This document shows positions 41,871-52,071 of a DNA stretch of 64,000 bases, piece after piece; position 1 is the stretch's first letter, and each line of letters opens with the position of its first letter. A program made the position numbers and the translations under genes. Under the pieces are notes generated by a model. That model saw only the letters and a program-made list of their open reading frames with translations, was not told the DNA's origin and ran no database searches. The DNA lies in assembly GCA_963675755.2 (NCBI GenBank), contig CAXXMD010000003.1, forward strand, positions 64,001 through 128,000. Reading direction: 5' to 3'. The stretch is from a bacterium (GTDB lineage Bacteria; Zhuqueibacterota; Zhuqueibacteria; Residuimicrobiales; Krinioviventaceae).

Positions 41871-43481
41871 ATGAAACGCAGAGAGTTTTTCAAAACAACC
41901 GGAGTTGTCGCCCTGGGCAGCCAACTGGCTTGCACTAAACCCGGCCAATCTCCGTCCCCCAATCAAAAATTCAAGATCAAATCTTTCCCCCTGCTTGAAG
42001 CAACAATCACCGATCTACAGCAATGGATGCAATCCGGTGAATATACCGCCCATTCCATTACGCAGCTCTATCTTGAGCGTATTGACGAAATCGACAAAAC
42101 CGGTCCTTCGCTCAATGCAATCATTGAACTGAATCCCGATGCTTTGGAAATCGCAGAAAAACTCGACCAGGAGCGTAAACAGGGCAATGTTCGCAGTCCC
42201 ATGCACGGTATTCCGGTGCTGATCAAAGACAATATCGACACTGCCGATAAAATGATGACCACCGCCGGCTCTCTGGCGCTTGAAGGATCTATCGCAAAAC
42301 AAGACGCCCACACTATTGCCCAATTACGTAAAGCCGGGGCAATCATTCTTGGCAAAACCAATCTCAGCGAGTGGGCCAATTTCAGATCCATGCGCTCGAC
42401 CAGCGGCTGGAGCGGACGCGGCGGCCAGACCCGTAATCCTTACGCACTGGACCGCAATCCCTGCGGCTCAAGCTCGGGTTCGGGAGCAGCGGTAAGCGCC
42501 AATCTCTGTGCGGTTGCCATTGGCACGGAAACCAACGGATCTGTTGTCTGTCCCAGTAACTCCAATGGTGTTGTGGGTATCAAACCCACATTGGGACTCG
42601 TCAGCCGTTCCGGCATCATCCCCATAGCGCATTCACAGGATACCGCCGGCCCCATGGCGCGCTCCGTTGCCGATGCAGCCCTGCTGCTCAGCTACATGGC
42701 AGGAGCAGATGCACAAGATCCCGTCACGCAAAACAACAATACATTTATTGATTATATGAAATTTCTCGATCCAAACGGATTGCGGGGCAAGCGCATAGGC
42801 ATTGCCCGTAATTTTTTTGATTTTCACGATCGGGTAGATGCCCTGATGCAAGAGGTGATCGATGTTCTCAAATCCCAGGGAGCCGAGGTGATTGATCCCG
42901 CCAACATTGATACCAGCGGGGACTATGGCGACAGCTCGTTCGAAGTTCTGCTTTATGAATTCAAAACCGATCTTAACAAATATCTGGCAAATCTGGGTCC
43001 CAATGTACCGGTCCATTCTTTAAAGGAACTGATCGAGTTTAACGAGAACCATCGTGATCGTGAAATGCCCTATTTTGAACAGGAAATCCTGGTTATGGCA
43101 CAGGAGCGAGGGGACCTTACAACCCCGGCATATCTGGATGCCCTGAAAAAAGTAAAGCACCTTTCACAACAGGATGGCATTGACGCCACCTTAAAAAAAC
43201 ACAATCTGGATGCCATCATGGCACCAACCGGAGGACCGGCCTGGCTGACGGATTGGGTCAATGGCGATCATTATTCCGGCGGCAGTTCATCTCCCGCGGC
43301 ACGGGCAGGGTACCCCAACATTACTGTCCCCTGTGGTGACATTTTCGGATTACCCATTGGCGTTTCCTTTTTCTCAACCGCATTTTCGGAACCCAAACTC
43401 TTACAGATCGCCTATAGTTATGAACAGGCGACCCAACTCAGAAAAGCTCCGCAATTTTTAAATACATGTAATTTTTCATAA
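41871..43481 (+). CDS. Amidase signature family enzyme, Tat lipoprotein
   Basis: KRREFFK...LAC; IKDNIDT, GKTNLSEWANFRS, GSSSGSGAA, GTETNGS..CP. Confidence 0.92.
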   Translation: MKRREFFKTTGVVALGSQLACTKPGQSPSPNQKFKIKSFPLLEATITDLQQWMQSGEYTAHSITQLYLERIDEIDKTGPSLNAIIELNPDALEIAEKLDQERKQGNVRSPMHGIPVLIKDNIDTADKMMTTAGSLALEGSIAKQDAHTIAQLRKAGAIILGKTNLSEWANFRSMRSTSGWSGRGGQTRNPYALDRNPCGSSSGSGAAVSANLCAVAIGTETNGSVVCPSNSNGVVGIKPTLGLVSRSGIIPIAHSQDTAGPMARSVADAALLLSYMAGADAQDPVTQNNNTFIDYMKFLDPNGLRGKRIGIARNFFDFHDRVDALMQEVIDVLKSQGAEVIDPANIDTSGDYGDSSFEVLLYEFKTDLNKYLANLGPNVPVHSLKELIEFNENHRDREMPYFEQEILVMAQERGDLTTPAYLDALKKVKHLSQQDGIDATLKKHNLDAIMAPTGGPAWLTDWVNGDHYSGGSSSPAARAGYPNITVPCGDIFGLPIGVSFFSTAFSEPKLLQIAYSYEQATQLRKAPQFLNTCNFS

Positions 43482-43498
43482 TCCGTAAAGGCAGTATA

Positions 43499-44899
43499 AT
43501 GAAACGAAGAACATTTTTAAAAGGACTCTCACTTTCGGCTGCTACGCCCCTGTTTTTACAATGCACCCAAAAGGAAAGCATTGAAAAGCCCAATATTATT
43601 TTCATAATGGCTGATGACCTGGGATACGCGGATCTGGGTTGTTATGGTCAAAAAAAGATCAAAACCCCCAACATCGACAAACTCGCTGCCAATGGCATGC
43701 GTTTTACCCAGTGCTATGCCGGTGCAACGGTTTGTGCACCTTCTCGCAGTGTGCTGATGACAGGACAGCATACCGGTCATACCCGCATTCGCGGCAACAT
43801 GTGCAAAAACGGCGGAACCGTTGGGCACAAAGGCAATCGTGAGGTGCGGAGAATGAATCTGCTAAAAGAAGATGTCACGGTAGCCAATGTGATGCAAACA
43901 GCGGGATATCGCACCTGCCTGGCCGGGAAATGGCATATTGGCGGTTTTAATCCCGATGCCGGACCGCTTGATCGCGGATTCGACGAATTTTACGGCGCTC
44001 TCACCTATTCCGGACGGGAGCACGGTCCCGCATACTGGCCGCGTAAATGGTTCCACAATCGTGAAATGGTAGCGGTCACAGGCAACCAGAATGGCGAAAA
44101 AGGCTATTACCGCACCGATCTAAATACAGACCGGTCCATCTCGTTTATCAAGAAAAACTTGAACCGGCCTTTTTTCCTCTATCTTGCCTACTCCAATCCC
44201 CACAGTCCCTTTGACGCACCAAACACAAAAGCCTATGACCATGAAGACTGGCCCGAGGAGGAAAAACTATACGCGTCCATGGTGGAGAATCTGGACCGCA
44301 ACGTCGGCAGGCTTGTGCAGGCACTCAAGGAATCCGGTCTAGAGAAAAAAACGCTGGTATTGTTCTGTTCTGACAATGGCCCCCGATCAGAACCGTCAGA
44401 GGTACAAACACGGGTCTCAGAGTTCTTTGATTCCAACGGTCCCCTGCGGGGATATAAACGGGATTTGTACGAAGGCGGCATCCGTGTGCCCATGATCGCT
44501 TACTGGCCGGGTCAAGTACCCAAAGGTACCGTCAGTGATGTCATCTGGTATTTTGCCGATGTGCTGCCAACCGCAGCGGACCTGGCAGGCGCGACTGCAC
44601 CGGACAATATTGACGGCGTCAGCATGGTTCCCTCTCTGATGGACCCGAAAACATTGCCTGAGGAACGCTACTTGTATTGGGAATTCTTTGAAGGTGGATT
44701 CCAACAGGCGGCTCGCTGGCACCAGTGGAAAGCCATTCGTCCCGCATTGGGCAAGCCCTTGATGCTATTCAATCTGGACGACGACCTTGGCGAAGCAAAC
44801 AACATTGCGGACCAGCATCCTGAGATTATTGAACAATTTGAAACTTATCTAAAAACCGCCCGTTCCGAATCCGAAAACTGGCCGCTGGAGGATGCTTAA
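43499..44899 (+). CDS. Cys-type S1 arylsulfatase, Tat lipoprotein
   Basis: KRRTFLK...LQC; PNIIFIMADDLG, CAPSRSVLMTG, GKWH, SDNG, KRDLYEGGIRVP. Confidence 0.93.
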   Translation: MKRRTFLKGLSLSAATPLFLQCTQKESIEKPNIIFIMADDLGYADLGCYGQKKIKTPNIDKLAANGMRFTQCYAGATVCAPSRSVLMTGQHTGHTRIRGNMCKNGGTVGHKGNREVRRMNLLKEDVTVANVMQTAGYRTCLAGKWHIGGFNPDAGPLDRGFDEFYGALTYSGREHGPAYWPRKWFHNREMVAVTGNQNGEKGYYRTDLNTDRSISFIKKNLNRPFFLYLAYSNPHSPFDAPNTKAYDHEDWPEEEKLYASMVENLDRNVGRLVQALKESGLEKKTLVLFCSDNGPRSEPSEVQTRVSEFFDSNGPLRGYKRDLYEGGIRVPMIAYWPGQVPKGTVSDVIWYFADVLPTAADLAGATAPDNIDGVSMVPSLMDPKTLPEERYLYWEFFEGGFQQAARWHQWKAIRPALGKPLMLFNLDDDLGEANNIADQHPEIIEQFETYLKTARSESENWPLEDA

Positions 44900-44911
44900 A
44901 TATACATTCAA

Positions 44912-44940
44912 CCTCCCGAGGGCTCGGAGCCCTCGGGAGG
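44912..44940. repeat. Palindrome family C
   Basis: cctcccgagggctc-g-gagccctcgggagg; partial or degenerate copies at ~45144, ~48810, ~51314, ~51667, ~52044. Confidence 0.7.
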
Positions 44941-44962
44941 ATATTGACACCCGATTATTATA

Positions 44963-45109
44963 CTCCGTCCCAAATTGAATTTGGGACGGAACTTTGGTGC
45001 GAAGCTCTGCTTCGCAAATAATTGTAAATTAAAAATCTGCGCATTGTAAAATTTTCTCCAAGCACAGCTTGGAGCCAACTTTCCTTACCAAATAAAATTT
45101 GGTAAGGAG
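44963..45109. repeat. 147-bp REP/MITE-like element family A, copy 1
   Basis: Terminal hairpins ctccgtcccaaat..atttgggacgga and tccttaccaaat..atttggtaaggag; internal gcgaagctctgcttcgc. Confidence 0.85.
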
Positions 45110-45338
45110 ATTATATGGGTTTTCAACAGTCAAAGGATCTAATACCCTCGGGAGGATATCGAAAACTTGATCGCAATGCAGATTAAAATCCGCTAGATTT
45201 CGGATTTGATAAAAAGATTTGAGTTTTACTAACCAGGATTTCCCGATGGACACATATAAATGCCGACCATGTTTATGTGTTTTATCTGCGTGCATCTGCG
45301 TTTATCTGTGGTTAAAATTTGGAAACAATACATTTGAT

Positions 45339-45362
45339 CGCAATGCAGATTCCTGCATTGCG
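45339..45362. repeat. Palindrome family D
   Basis: cgcaatgcag-attc-ctgcattgcg. Confidence 0.7.
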
Positions 45363-45432
45363 GGATATTGCGCTGGGACATTCGTCCCTAAAATAACCAT
45401 CACTATTGGAAATTATACCACAAGGAGTTCAC

Positions 45433-46797
45433 ATGCAATCAACAACATACAATCGCAGAGACATGCTGAAACTTGGCGGTGCGCTCGTTCTGGGCTCCGC
45501 ACTGAGCGCCAAAGCCGCTCAAAACAACACATCCGCGCCCAAACCGGACCGCCCCATCACCGCGGTAGTACTGGGGGCCGGATCCCGGGGCAACCGATAT
45601 GCATCCTATAGTGAAAAATATCCGGACGAGTTGAAAATCGTCGGAGTGGCCGAGCCCATTGACCTGCGTCGTGAACGATTTTCCAAACGCTACAATATCC
45701 CCGAAAAATACCAGTGGGTCACCTGGGAGCACGCGCTCGAGATCCCCAAATTTGCAGACGCGCTCATTATCACCACTCCCGACGCCCTGCATTATGGTCC
45801 CGCCATGGGTGGCCTGGCACTGGATTATGATATGATCCTTGAAAAAGTGGTGGCCCAGACCTGGCAGGAATGTAACGATATATTAAAACTCGCAAAAAAA
45901 CAGGACCGCATTGTAGCGGTCTGTCACGTTCTGCGCTATTCTCCCTATTTCCGCAAGCTCAAAGAGATCATGGATTCCGGTATTCTGGGCGATGTTACCA
46001 GCATTCAGCACAAGGAAAAAGTAGAGCATGTGCACATGTCGCACTCGTTTGTTCGCGGCAACTGGCGCAACAAGGCAGAATCCAATCCCATGATACTGTC
46101 AAAGTCCTGTCACGATCTTGACATCCTGCGCTGGCTTATTGGCAAGTCCTGTCTGCATCTCTCGTCATTCGGATCGCTCAAACATTTCCGCGCCGAAAAC
46201 GCACCCAAAGGCAGCACGCCCCGCTGTACCGATGGCTGCGCTGTTGAAGCCGAATGCCCCTACTCGGCCCTGCGCATCTATTACCGCAACCGCACCTGGC
46301 TGCACCACATGGACCTGCCGCAATCCGGAGACCAGGGTCCCGCTATTCTTGAGCACCTCAAGAATGGACAATACGGACGCTGTGTGTATCATTGCGATAA
46401 TGATGTGGTAGACCACCAGATTGTTGCCATGCAGTTTGAAGACCAGATCACAGCGACCTTTAACATGGAAGCGTTCACCTCTAAACCGGGACGCGAAACG
46501 CATGTGATGGGAACCATGGGAGATGTAGTGGGAGACGAACATGTCCTCACAACCACAGATTTCCGCACCGGCCAGGAAACGGTCTGGGATGTTCGGGACC
46601 ATGTGGATTCGCTCTCCGGGCATGGCGGTGGTGACTACGGACTGGTACACGATTTCGTCCGCGCCGTGGACCAGCACGACGAGTCCCTGTTGACATCAAA
46701 TATTGAAGCGTCAATGGAAAGCCATTTGATGGGATTCATGGCAGAAAAAAGCCGCCTCAATAACGGCACCAGCATAAAAATCGAACTGGATATTTAA
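45433..46797 (+). CDS. Tat-exported Gfo/Idh/MocA oxidoreductase with Cys-rich insert
   Basis: AGGAG RBS; NRRDMLK signal; LGAGSRG, TPDALH, LEK, HSFVRGNW, KSCHDLD, C..GC....CPYSA, GRCVY.CDNDVVDH, GHGGGD. Confidence 0.88.
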   Translation: MQSTTYNRRDMLKLGGALVLGSALSAKAAQNNTSAPKPDRPITAVVLGAGSRGNRYASYSEKYPDELKIVGVAEPIDLRRERFSKRYNIPEKYQWVTWEHALEIPKFADALIITTPDALHYGPAMGGLALDYDMILEKVVAQTWQECNDILKLAKKQDRIVAVCHVLRYSPYFRKLKEIMDSGILGDVTSIQHKEKVEHVHMSHSFVRGNWRNKAESNPMILSKSCHDLDILRWLIGKSCLHLSSFGSLKHFRAENAPKGSTPRCTDGCAVEAECPYSALRIYYRNRTWLHHMDLPQSGDQGPAILEHLKNGQYGRCVYHCDNDVVDHQIVAMQFEDQITATFNMEAFTSKPGRETHVMGTMGDVVGDEHVLTTTDFRTGQETVWDVRDHVDSLSGHGGGDYGLVHDFVRAVDQHDESLLTSNIEASMESHLMGFMAEKSRLNNGTSIKIELDI

Positions 46798-46856
46798 GTC
46801 ACAAACTATCCACTCGATTATTATTGAAAAGGCATAATCTTGAAAAAACAACAACT

Positions 46857-46909
46857 CTCCGTCCCAAATCAAATTTGGGACGGAACTACTGTGCAAAGCT
46901 CTGCTTTGC
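46857..46909. repeat. Family A element, left half only
   Basis: ctccgtcccaaatcaaatttgggacggaac...gcaaagctctgctttgc. Confidence 0.8.
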
Positions 46910-47132
46910 AAATATAAATAAAAGAGGTAGAGTGCATCCCCTATTTCTTTTTGTGAGAGTTAACTGGTTTCAGAATGAGATCCGCGACGAGCGGAGAGCA
47001 TATAAAAGCGCCGGTTTAGAATATACTACATCCCCAATTCCCAGACTGTGTAAAAATCAGTAAACAATTTTGTTTTTGGAGTGCATCGCCTTTATGCGAT
47101 GCGGGCCGTCAAAGACGGCCTTAATCCATAGT

Positions 47133-47198
47133 CTAGGCGCATCGTCCAGGATGCATACTGAAACGGATAAAAAATCATGGGCCACAGGCCCAGGCTAC
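47133..47198. repeat. Family E GTAG-type REP-like element, copy 1
   Basis: Minus strand begins gtagcctgggcctgtggccc; similar to 47521-47587. Confidence 0.7.
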
Positions 47199-47229
47199 TA
47201 ACTACTAACCTTAAACTAACTAGTAAAAT

Positions 47230-47439
47230 TCAAAAAAACAAAACCCATATTCCAATTAAAGCATGAGTAATAATTGCTATCCATATTCTGGTTTCATGAA
47301 TCCAACTATTCTCAGGGGCAAAAAGCTTACTGCCTGGCTTTATATTTTTAGCTAAAAGTTTTTTTCTAGTAAAGAAATAAATTAAACTTAAAATAATAAA
47401 TAAAAACCCAACAATTAAATGTAAAGGAGCTGTGTTCAC
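47230..47439 (-). CDS. Small two-TM hypothetical protein (AT-rich)
   Basis: GAGG RBS + GTG; two hydrophobic segments. Confidence 0.55.
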   Translation of the reverse strand: MNTAPLHLIVGFLFIILSLIYFFTRKKLLAKNIKPGSKLFAPENSWIHETRIWIAIITHALIGIWVLFF

Positions 47440-47520
47440 TTGATTGTACCTCTGTTAATTTATCCATAAACTTTAAATTATGGTTGATTTCTAATCAATA
47501 CATTCAATTCAGCTCGAAAA

Positions 47521-47587
47521 CTAAGCGCACCGCCCAGAACGCATACTGAAACCAGATAATAAACCCCGGGCCACAGGCACAGGCTAC
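47521..47587. repeat. Family E GTAG-type REP-like element, copy 2
   Basis: ctaagcgcac...gcatactgaaacc...gggccacaggcacaggctac. Confidence 0.7.
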
Positions 47588-47612
47588 GAAATACAAGCGG
47601 TAAATATTCAAA

Positions 47613-48182
47613 TTATAAGATTACTTTACACCATGAAGTTTTAATACTCTCACATATAATCTTAATCTCTGGATTCTTTTTTAAAATTGTTTTCTCATAA
47701 TCATCCAAAAAATAATTATATCCACAACTATCGGGTAGTTCAATTATGGCTCTAACAAGACAGTTTGAGCTCTTTAAACTAAAATCATCTTTCAAATTAC
47801 CATGATAAACTATTGGTATTACAATGGAAGAATCAGGAGATAATATATGCATTTGATGCTTAGCATAAGTTAACACAGCCCAGTTACCATTTATCATATC
47901 GCTTCTAATAATCTCATCTTTGACCTTAATTTCTAAAATTGTATTATAAATGAGCTCATATAATAAACTTGAATCAACACTATTTTCTCTGATAAATCCA
48001 GAACAAAAGAATGCTACAGTATCTTTAGATGTGTTAAATACATTTAATGATAAATAATGTTGATTTTGATGTTTTGAAATATTTAAAGTTAAAAATTCTT
48101 TCTTTTTGTCATTTTGTTTATTAAAACAATTTAACAAAAAGTAGGCTATAAAAATTATTAATAACAATTTTTTATTAATCAT
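47613..48182 (-). CDS. Hypothetical lipoprotein (AT-rich)
   Basis: MINKK + hydrophobic stretch + LLNC; 189 aa open frame in very AT-rich DNA. Confidence 0.6.
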   Translation of the reverse strand: MINKKLLLIIFIAYFLLNCFNKQNDKKKEFLTLNISKHQNQHYLSLNVFNTSKDTVAFFCSGFIRENSVDSSLLYELIYNTILEIKVKDEIIRSDMINGNWAVLTYAKHQMHILSPDSSIVIPIVYHGNLKDDFSLKSSNCLVRAIIELPDSCGYNYFLDDYEKTILKKNPEIKIICESIKTSWCKVIL

Positions 48183-48329
48183 ATTAAACTCTTAAATAAA
48201 TTCCATTTGAATTGATATAATTAAATAAAATCCATTTTCTCCTTAAATAACTCAAATAAAACATTTACTATATATAATTCCTTACCAGTTCGCAACCTGG
48301 GGTGTGTCACCCACTCGATGAACAATAAA

Positions 48330-48770
48330 CTATACTCTACGATTTAAAAAAACATTCATACTTGAGGATACCAACCCGATAATCATTGCTATAAAAACCA
48401 TTTTAATTTGCACAACTGAAAAATAGGAGATATAGTTAATATTTAAACCAATTAGCAATACCAAAACTACTAACCATTTTTTATTAATAAAAATAAATAT
48501 AGGTTTTAATTCATTTTCATGTTTACGATAATAAAAATACCTATTTACATTTATTGGCAATAACAGACCTAACGATAAAAAACTTGTAGTTGAAAAAAGA
48601 AAAAATAACTTTTTAATATAATAAATAAAACCATCATCTATAATTATTCTAAAATGCCAATATATCATTGAAATCAGAAAAAATAACAACAAACCAAATA
48701 TTACTAAACCTAAAGGTGTAAAGAGAGGCATATCATCAATTTCATCTTTATTTTCTTTTGATTCTTTCAT
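48330..48770 (-). CDS. Hypothetical four-TM membrane protein (AT-rich)
   Basis: AGGA RBS before ATG 48770; four hydrophobic segments. Confidence 0.6.
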   Translation of the reverse strand: MKESKENKDEIDDMPLFTPLGLVIFGLLLFFLISMIYWHFRIIIDDGFIYYIKKLFFLFSTTSFLSLGLLLPINVNRYFYYRKHENELKPIFIFINKKWLVVLVLLIGLNINYISYFSVVQIKMVFIAMIIGLVSSSMNVFLNRRV

Positions 48771-48987
48771 ACAGCTTCCTTTAAATTCAAAAAGAATTGT
48801 ACAAACCATCCTCCCGAGTGAATCAAAACCCACGGAAAGATTCTCCGTATCTCAAGGGGTTCAATTTTCTATTTTATCCGTGTAAATCCGTGTAAATCCG
48901 TGGCTAAATATGGAAACTTTTATTGATCCACAGATCTGCACAGATCCTCAAGGATTGTTTGGATTAGTCCCACCCGATCCCCTCATT

Positions 48988-49134
48988 CTCCGTCCCAAAT
49001 TCGACTTGGGACGGAACCAGGGTGCAAAGCTCTGCTTTGCTAATATTTATAAATTAGTGTCTTTTGCACCGCGCAATCCTCTACAGGCACAGCCTGGAGC
49101 CAACTTTCCTGCCCAAATACAATTTGGGCAGGAG
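48988..49134. repeat. 147-bp family A element, copy 3 (preceded by family C ~48810 and family B ~48876-48955)
   Basis: Near-identical to 51508-51654 and 51861-52007. Confidence 0.88.
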
Positions 49135-49187
49135 CTTTACCAATAAACACCATTACTATCAGAAAACCCTCCAAAAGCATTCATCAC

Positions 49188-51125
49188 CTATTCCGAATAC
49201 AATGTAAGTATCTGCCCGCCTTTGATGCAGACAGTATTATCATCTACAAGTAATTCCTGAATTTCAAAAGCATCATTCTCATGAAACGGGTCCGTGATTT
49301 CCGCACGGGTAAACAAGGTCTGCATCCCCTCTACACGTACCTTGACAGCTTTACTATCTTTGTTGAGAATAACCAGAACAGTGTTGTTATTCTGATCTGT
49401 ATACGCGGTTGTTAACAGATTTTTATTCGGGCAGTCCACATCAACCCGTTGTATGCCTTTTAACAGTTTACGGCTAAACGCACCAAAAACCCGCAACTGA
49501 TTTGACGAAGGCGCAGGGACACTGTCATGCAGCCGATCTACACGAAACAAACTGCGTGTGGCGTCAAATGTAGGTTGAGGACCGTTTAACAACGTCCAGC
49601 AGTATATAATAGCCTCTGCATTCATCATTTGCAGATTTTTATGATACAACTGTCCCATTGTCAAAGCAAGTCGGTAGGAACCATGTTGATATGGAGGCTT
49701 GTTAATACAGAGTTCTGTTGACAAAAAGGGCTTGTCCCCAATAATATCATTCCATTCATGGATGTATTCATCATACCCATCCGGATTGGTAAAAAATGAC
49801 TGGTAATCATACATGTTGGTTGCCGCGTAATCAATGGTGTTCCATACTTGCTCATTTTCAGAAAAAGTCCTGGCGGCTTTAATACCTGCATTCAATCGCG
49901 ATCCATTGTGCATATGGATCTTGACATTCTGAAAGCCATGATCATCCAGTTTTTTTCGCAAAGCCAATGTCATAGCATGCCAAATATCGGCAGGCTGGTT
50001 TCTTTCATTCTGAATACCAACAATGGCAGGAGGCATCCCGGTTTTGCGTTTAGCGGTTTGGCAGTAATTCAGCATGGCCTCGGTATATTTCTCAATTACA
50101 GGGATTTTATTACTTTTGGATTTCCGGGTCCTTTCCGGATCCAGCATCCACTGCGGAAAAGCCCAGAATTCAAAGATGACCATTCCCCCGGCATCCTGGA
50201 TTTTTTTATTATACGAAAAATCAGAGATCTCGCCATTGGGGAAATTGTCGCCATAATAATGTACCGATGCATCCTCAAAATTATCCCAGTTGCTGAAATC
50301 TGCTTTGAGCTGCGTACCATTGGGATATTCCCGTTGAATCAGCAGATTATATTCTTTTAAAAACTCCCACCATCTTTCCTTACCCGCCTTGCTCAACTCG
50401 TTATAGGATACAACAGAAGTGATGCCCCCGAACCCCAAAATCTTTTGATGTTTTATATCTTTATGGATGATAAGGGTTTCATGCCCCTCAAGCGGCTCAA
50501 CCAGTTTACCCTGGATTGTACCATTCTTGCCGGTATATTTTAACTGGTGACGGGTGACATCCATGATTATCATTTGGGTCAGGATTTGTTTATTGTTTAA
50601 AAACACCGTGAGCTTTAAATCATGGGACACGGTTACCGCTACCGACTGTAGCTTTCCTTTAATCTGAATGCCGGCTTTTAACAGGGATTTATCGGGGAAA
50701 CGGGGCAATTCATTCCGGGCAACAGCAGATTCGTCATGTAACCCAAATGAATCGTAATAGCGCTGCACAACCACAAGCGAGTCCTGATCCAATTTCAGTG
50801 TAAATCCTGCTTTGGGCCCCGTAAAGATCCACAACAAATCGCCATCTTTAAAATTCACTTTATCAAACAAGAGTTTTCGGCTAAACAATGCCGGCAAAAG
50901 CTCATCCGGATATACGCCCTTTGATTCAACGCCGCGGCCCCATACATGAGACACCACACCACCCTTGCCCAGTAAAAAATCTATTCCATCAGCTTTGTAT
51001 TGCACAGGATTAGCAGTGAATGCATCATTATCAAGATCAACCCGGGATTGATAATCATTTAACCACTGAGCAGATGAAAAATCCGTTAACATTAACAGTA
51101 CTGCAATCCAAAATAGCCTTTTCAT
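49188..51125 (-). CDS. Exported clan-A glycoside hydrolase, GH30-like, with extra N-terminal domain
   Basis: Signal peptide; QKILGFGG, GIQNE (acid/base), LSTE (nucleophile), AFSR....G..RV, TAY......VLVILN. Confidence 0.65.
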   Translation of the reverse strand: MKRLFWIAVLLMLTDFSSAQWLNDYQSRVDLDNDAFTANPVQYKADGIDFLLGKGGVVSHVWGRGVESKGVYPDELLPALFSRKLLFDKVNFKDGDLLWIFTGPKAGFTLKLDQDSLVVVQRYYDSFGLHDESAVARNELPRFPDKSLLKAGIQIKGKLQSVAVTVSHDLKLTVFLNNKQILTQMIIMDVTRHQLKYTGKNGTIQGKLVEPLEGHETLIIHKDIKHQKILGFGGITSVVSYNELSKAGKERWWEFLKEYNLLIQREYPNGTQLKADFSNWDNFEDASVHYYGDNFPNGEISDFSYNKKIQDAGGMVIFEFWAFPQWMLDPERTRKSKSNKIPVIEKYTEAMLNYCQTAKRKTGMPPAIVGIQNERNQPADIWHAMTLALRKKLDDHGFQNVKIHMHNGSRLNAGIKAARTFSENEQVWNTIDYAATNMYDYQSFFTNPDGYDEYIHEWNDIIGDKPFLSTELCINKPPYQHGSYRLALTMGQLYHKNLQMMNAEAIIYCWTLLNGPQPTFDATRSLFRVDRLHDSVPAPSSNQLRVFGAFSRKLLKGIQRVDVDCPNKNLLTTAYTDQNNNTVLVILNKDSKAVKVRVEGMQTLFTRAEITDPFHENDAFEIQELLVDDNTVCIKGGQILTLYSE

Positions 51126-51307
51126 AATACGCTCCTGTTAATAATTGAATCCATTTCCCACAATACAAAAACGCATTCATACAGAGAAATAGATTCTTGT
51201 CAAAACCACAATATTTTCGCTCTTTTGGGAATATAACAAATTTTATTTTACTTTTCAGCCAAAATTTATAAAGGGGTATCCCCGGAAAAGTGAGGAAAAA
51301 GGCCAAA

Positions 51308-52007
51308 TTAGCCATCTTTCCGAGGGATTAAAACTGCTGGAATGATCTGCTATTCCACACTATATTTTGAACCAAATTTGAGATATAAATAAACAGAGGA
51401 TATAATTTCTATTTTTATCTGTGTCAATCCGTGTAAATCCGTGGCTAATTTTCTATTCTTTTTTTATTGAGCCACAGATCTGCACGGATCCTCACGGATT
51501 GTTAATTCTCCGTCCCAAATTCGATTTGGGACGGAACTACTGTGCAAAGCTCTGCTTTGCAAATAACTATAAATTAACGTCTTGTGCACCGCGCAATCCT
51601 CTCCAGGCACAGCCTGGAGCCAACTTTCCTGCCCAAATACAATTTGGGCAGGAGATTGATTTAGCCATCTTTCCGAGGAATTGAAACTGCTGGAATGATC
51701 TGCTATTCCACACTACATTTTGAACTAAATTTGAGATATAAATATCCAGTAGATATAATTTCTATTTTTTATCTGTGTCAATCCGTGTAAATCCGTGGCT
51801 AATTTCCCATTCTTTTTTATTGAGCCACAGATCTGCACAGATCCTCACGGATTGTTAATTCTCCGTCCCAAATTCGATTTGGGACGGAACTACTGTGCAA
51901 AGCTCTGCTTTGCAAATAACTATAAATTAGTGTCTTTTGCACCGCGCAATCCTCTCCAGGCACAGCCTGGAGCCAACTTTCCTGCCCAAATACAATTTGG
52001 GCAGGAG
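51308..52007. repeat. Tandem direct duplication with 353-bp period; each unit is degenerate C + B + 147-bp A element
   Basis: ttagccatctttccgagg starts at 51308 and 51661; both end tttgggcaggag (51654, 52007); only scattered mismatches. Confidence 0.92.
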
Positions 52008-52071
52008 CGTTAAGGGATCGTTACTTATATACAAGGATTGAGAACCCTCGGGAGGATTTGCTGTTATACCA

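Noticed and set aside
47042-47056. cagactgtgtaaaaa resembling an IS1182-type terminal repeat
   Set aside because: Single short match with no partner end or transposase seen; at most a scar
47133-47587. Integron attC sites
   Set aside because: No RYYYAAC...GTTRRRY cores in the proper position and no integrase in the window
44900-52060. CRISPR array suggested by recurring ~30-bp palindromes
   Set aside because: No regular repeat-spacer period, sequence between hairpins is conserved rather than unique, and no cas genes
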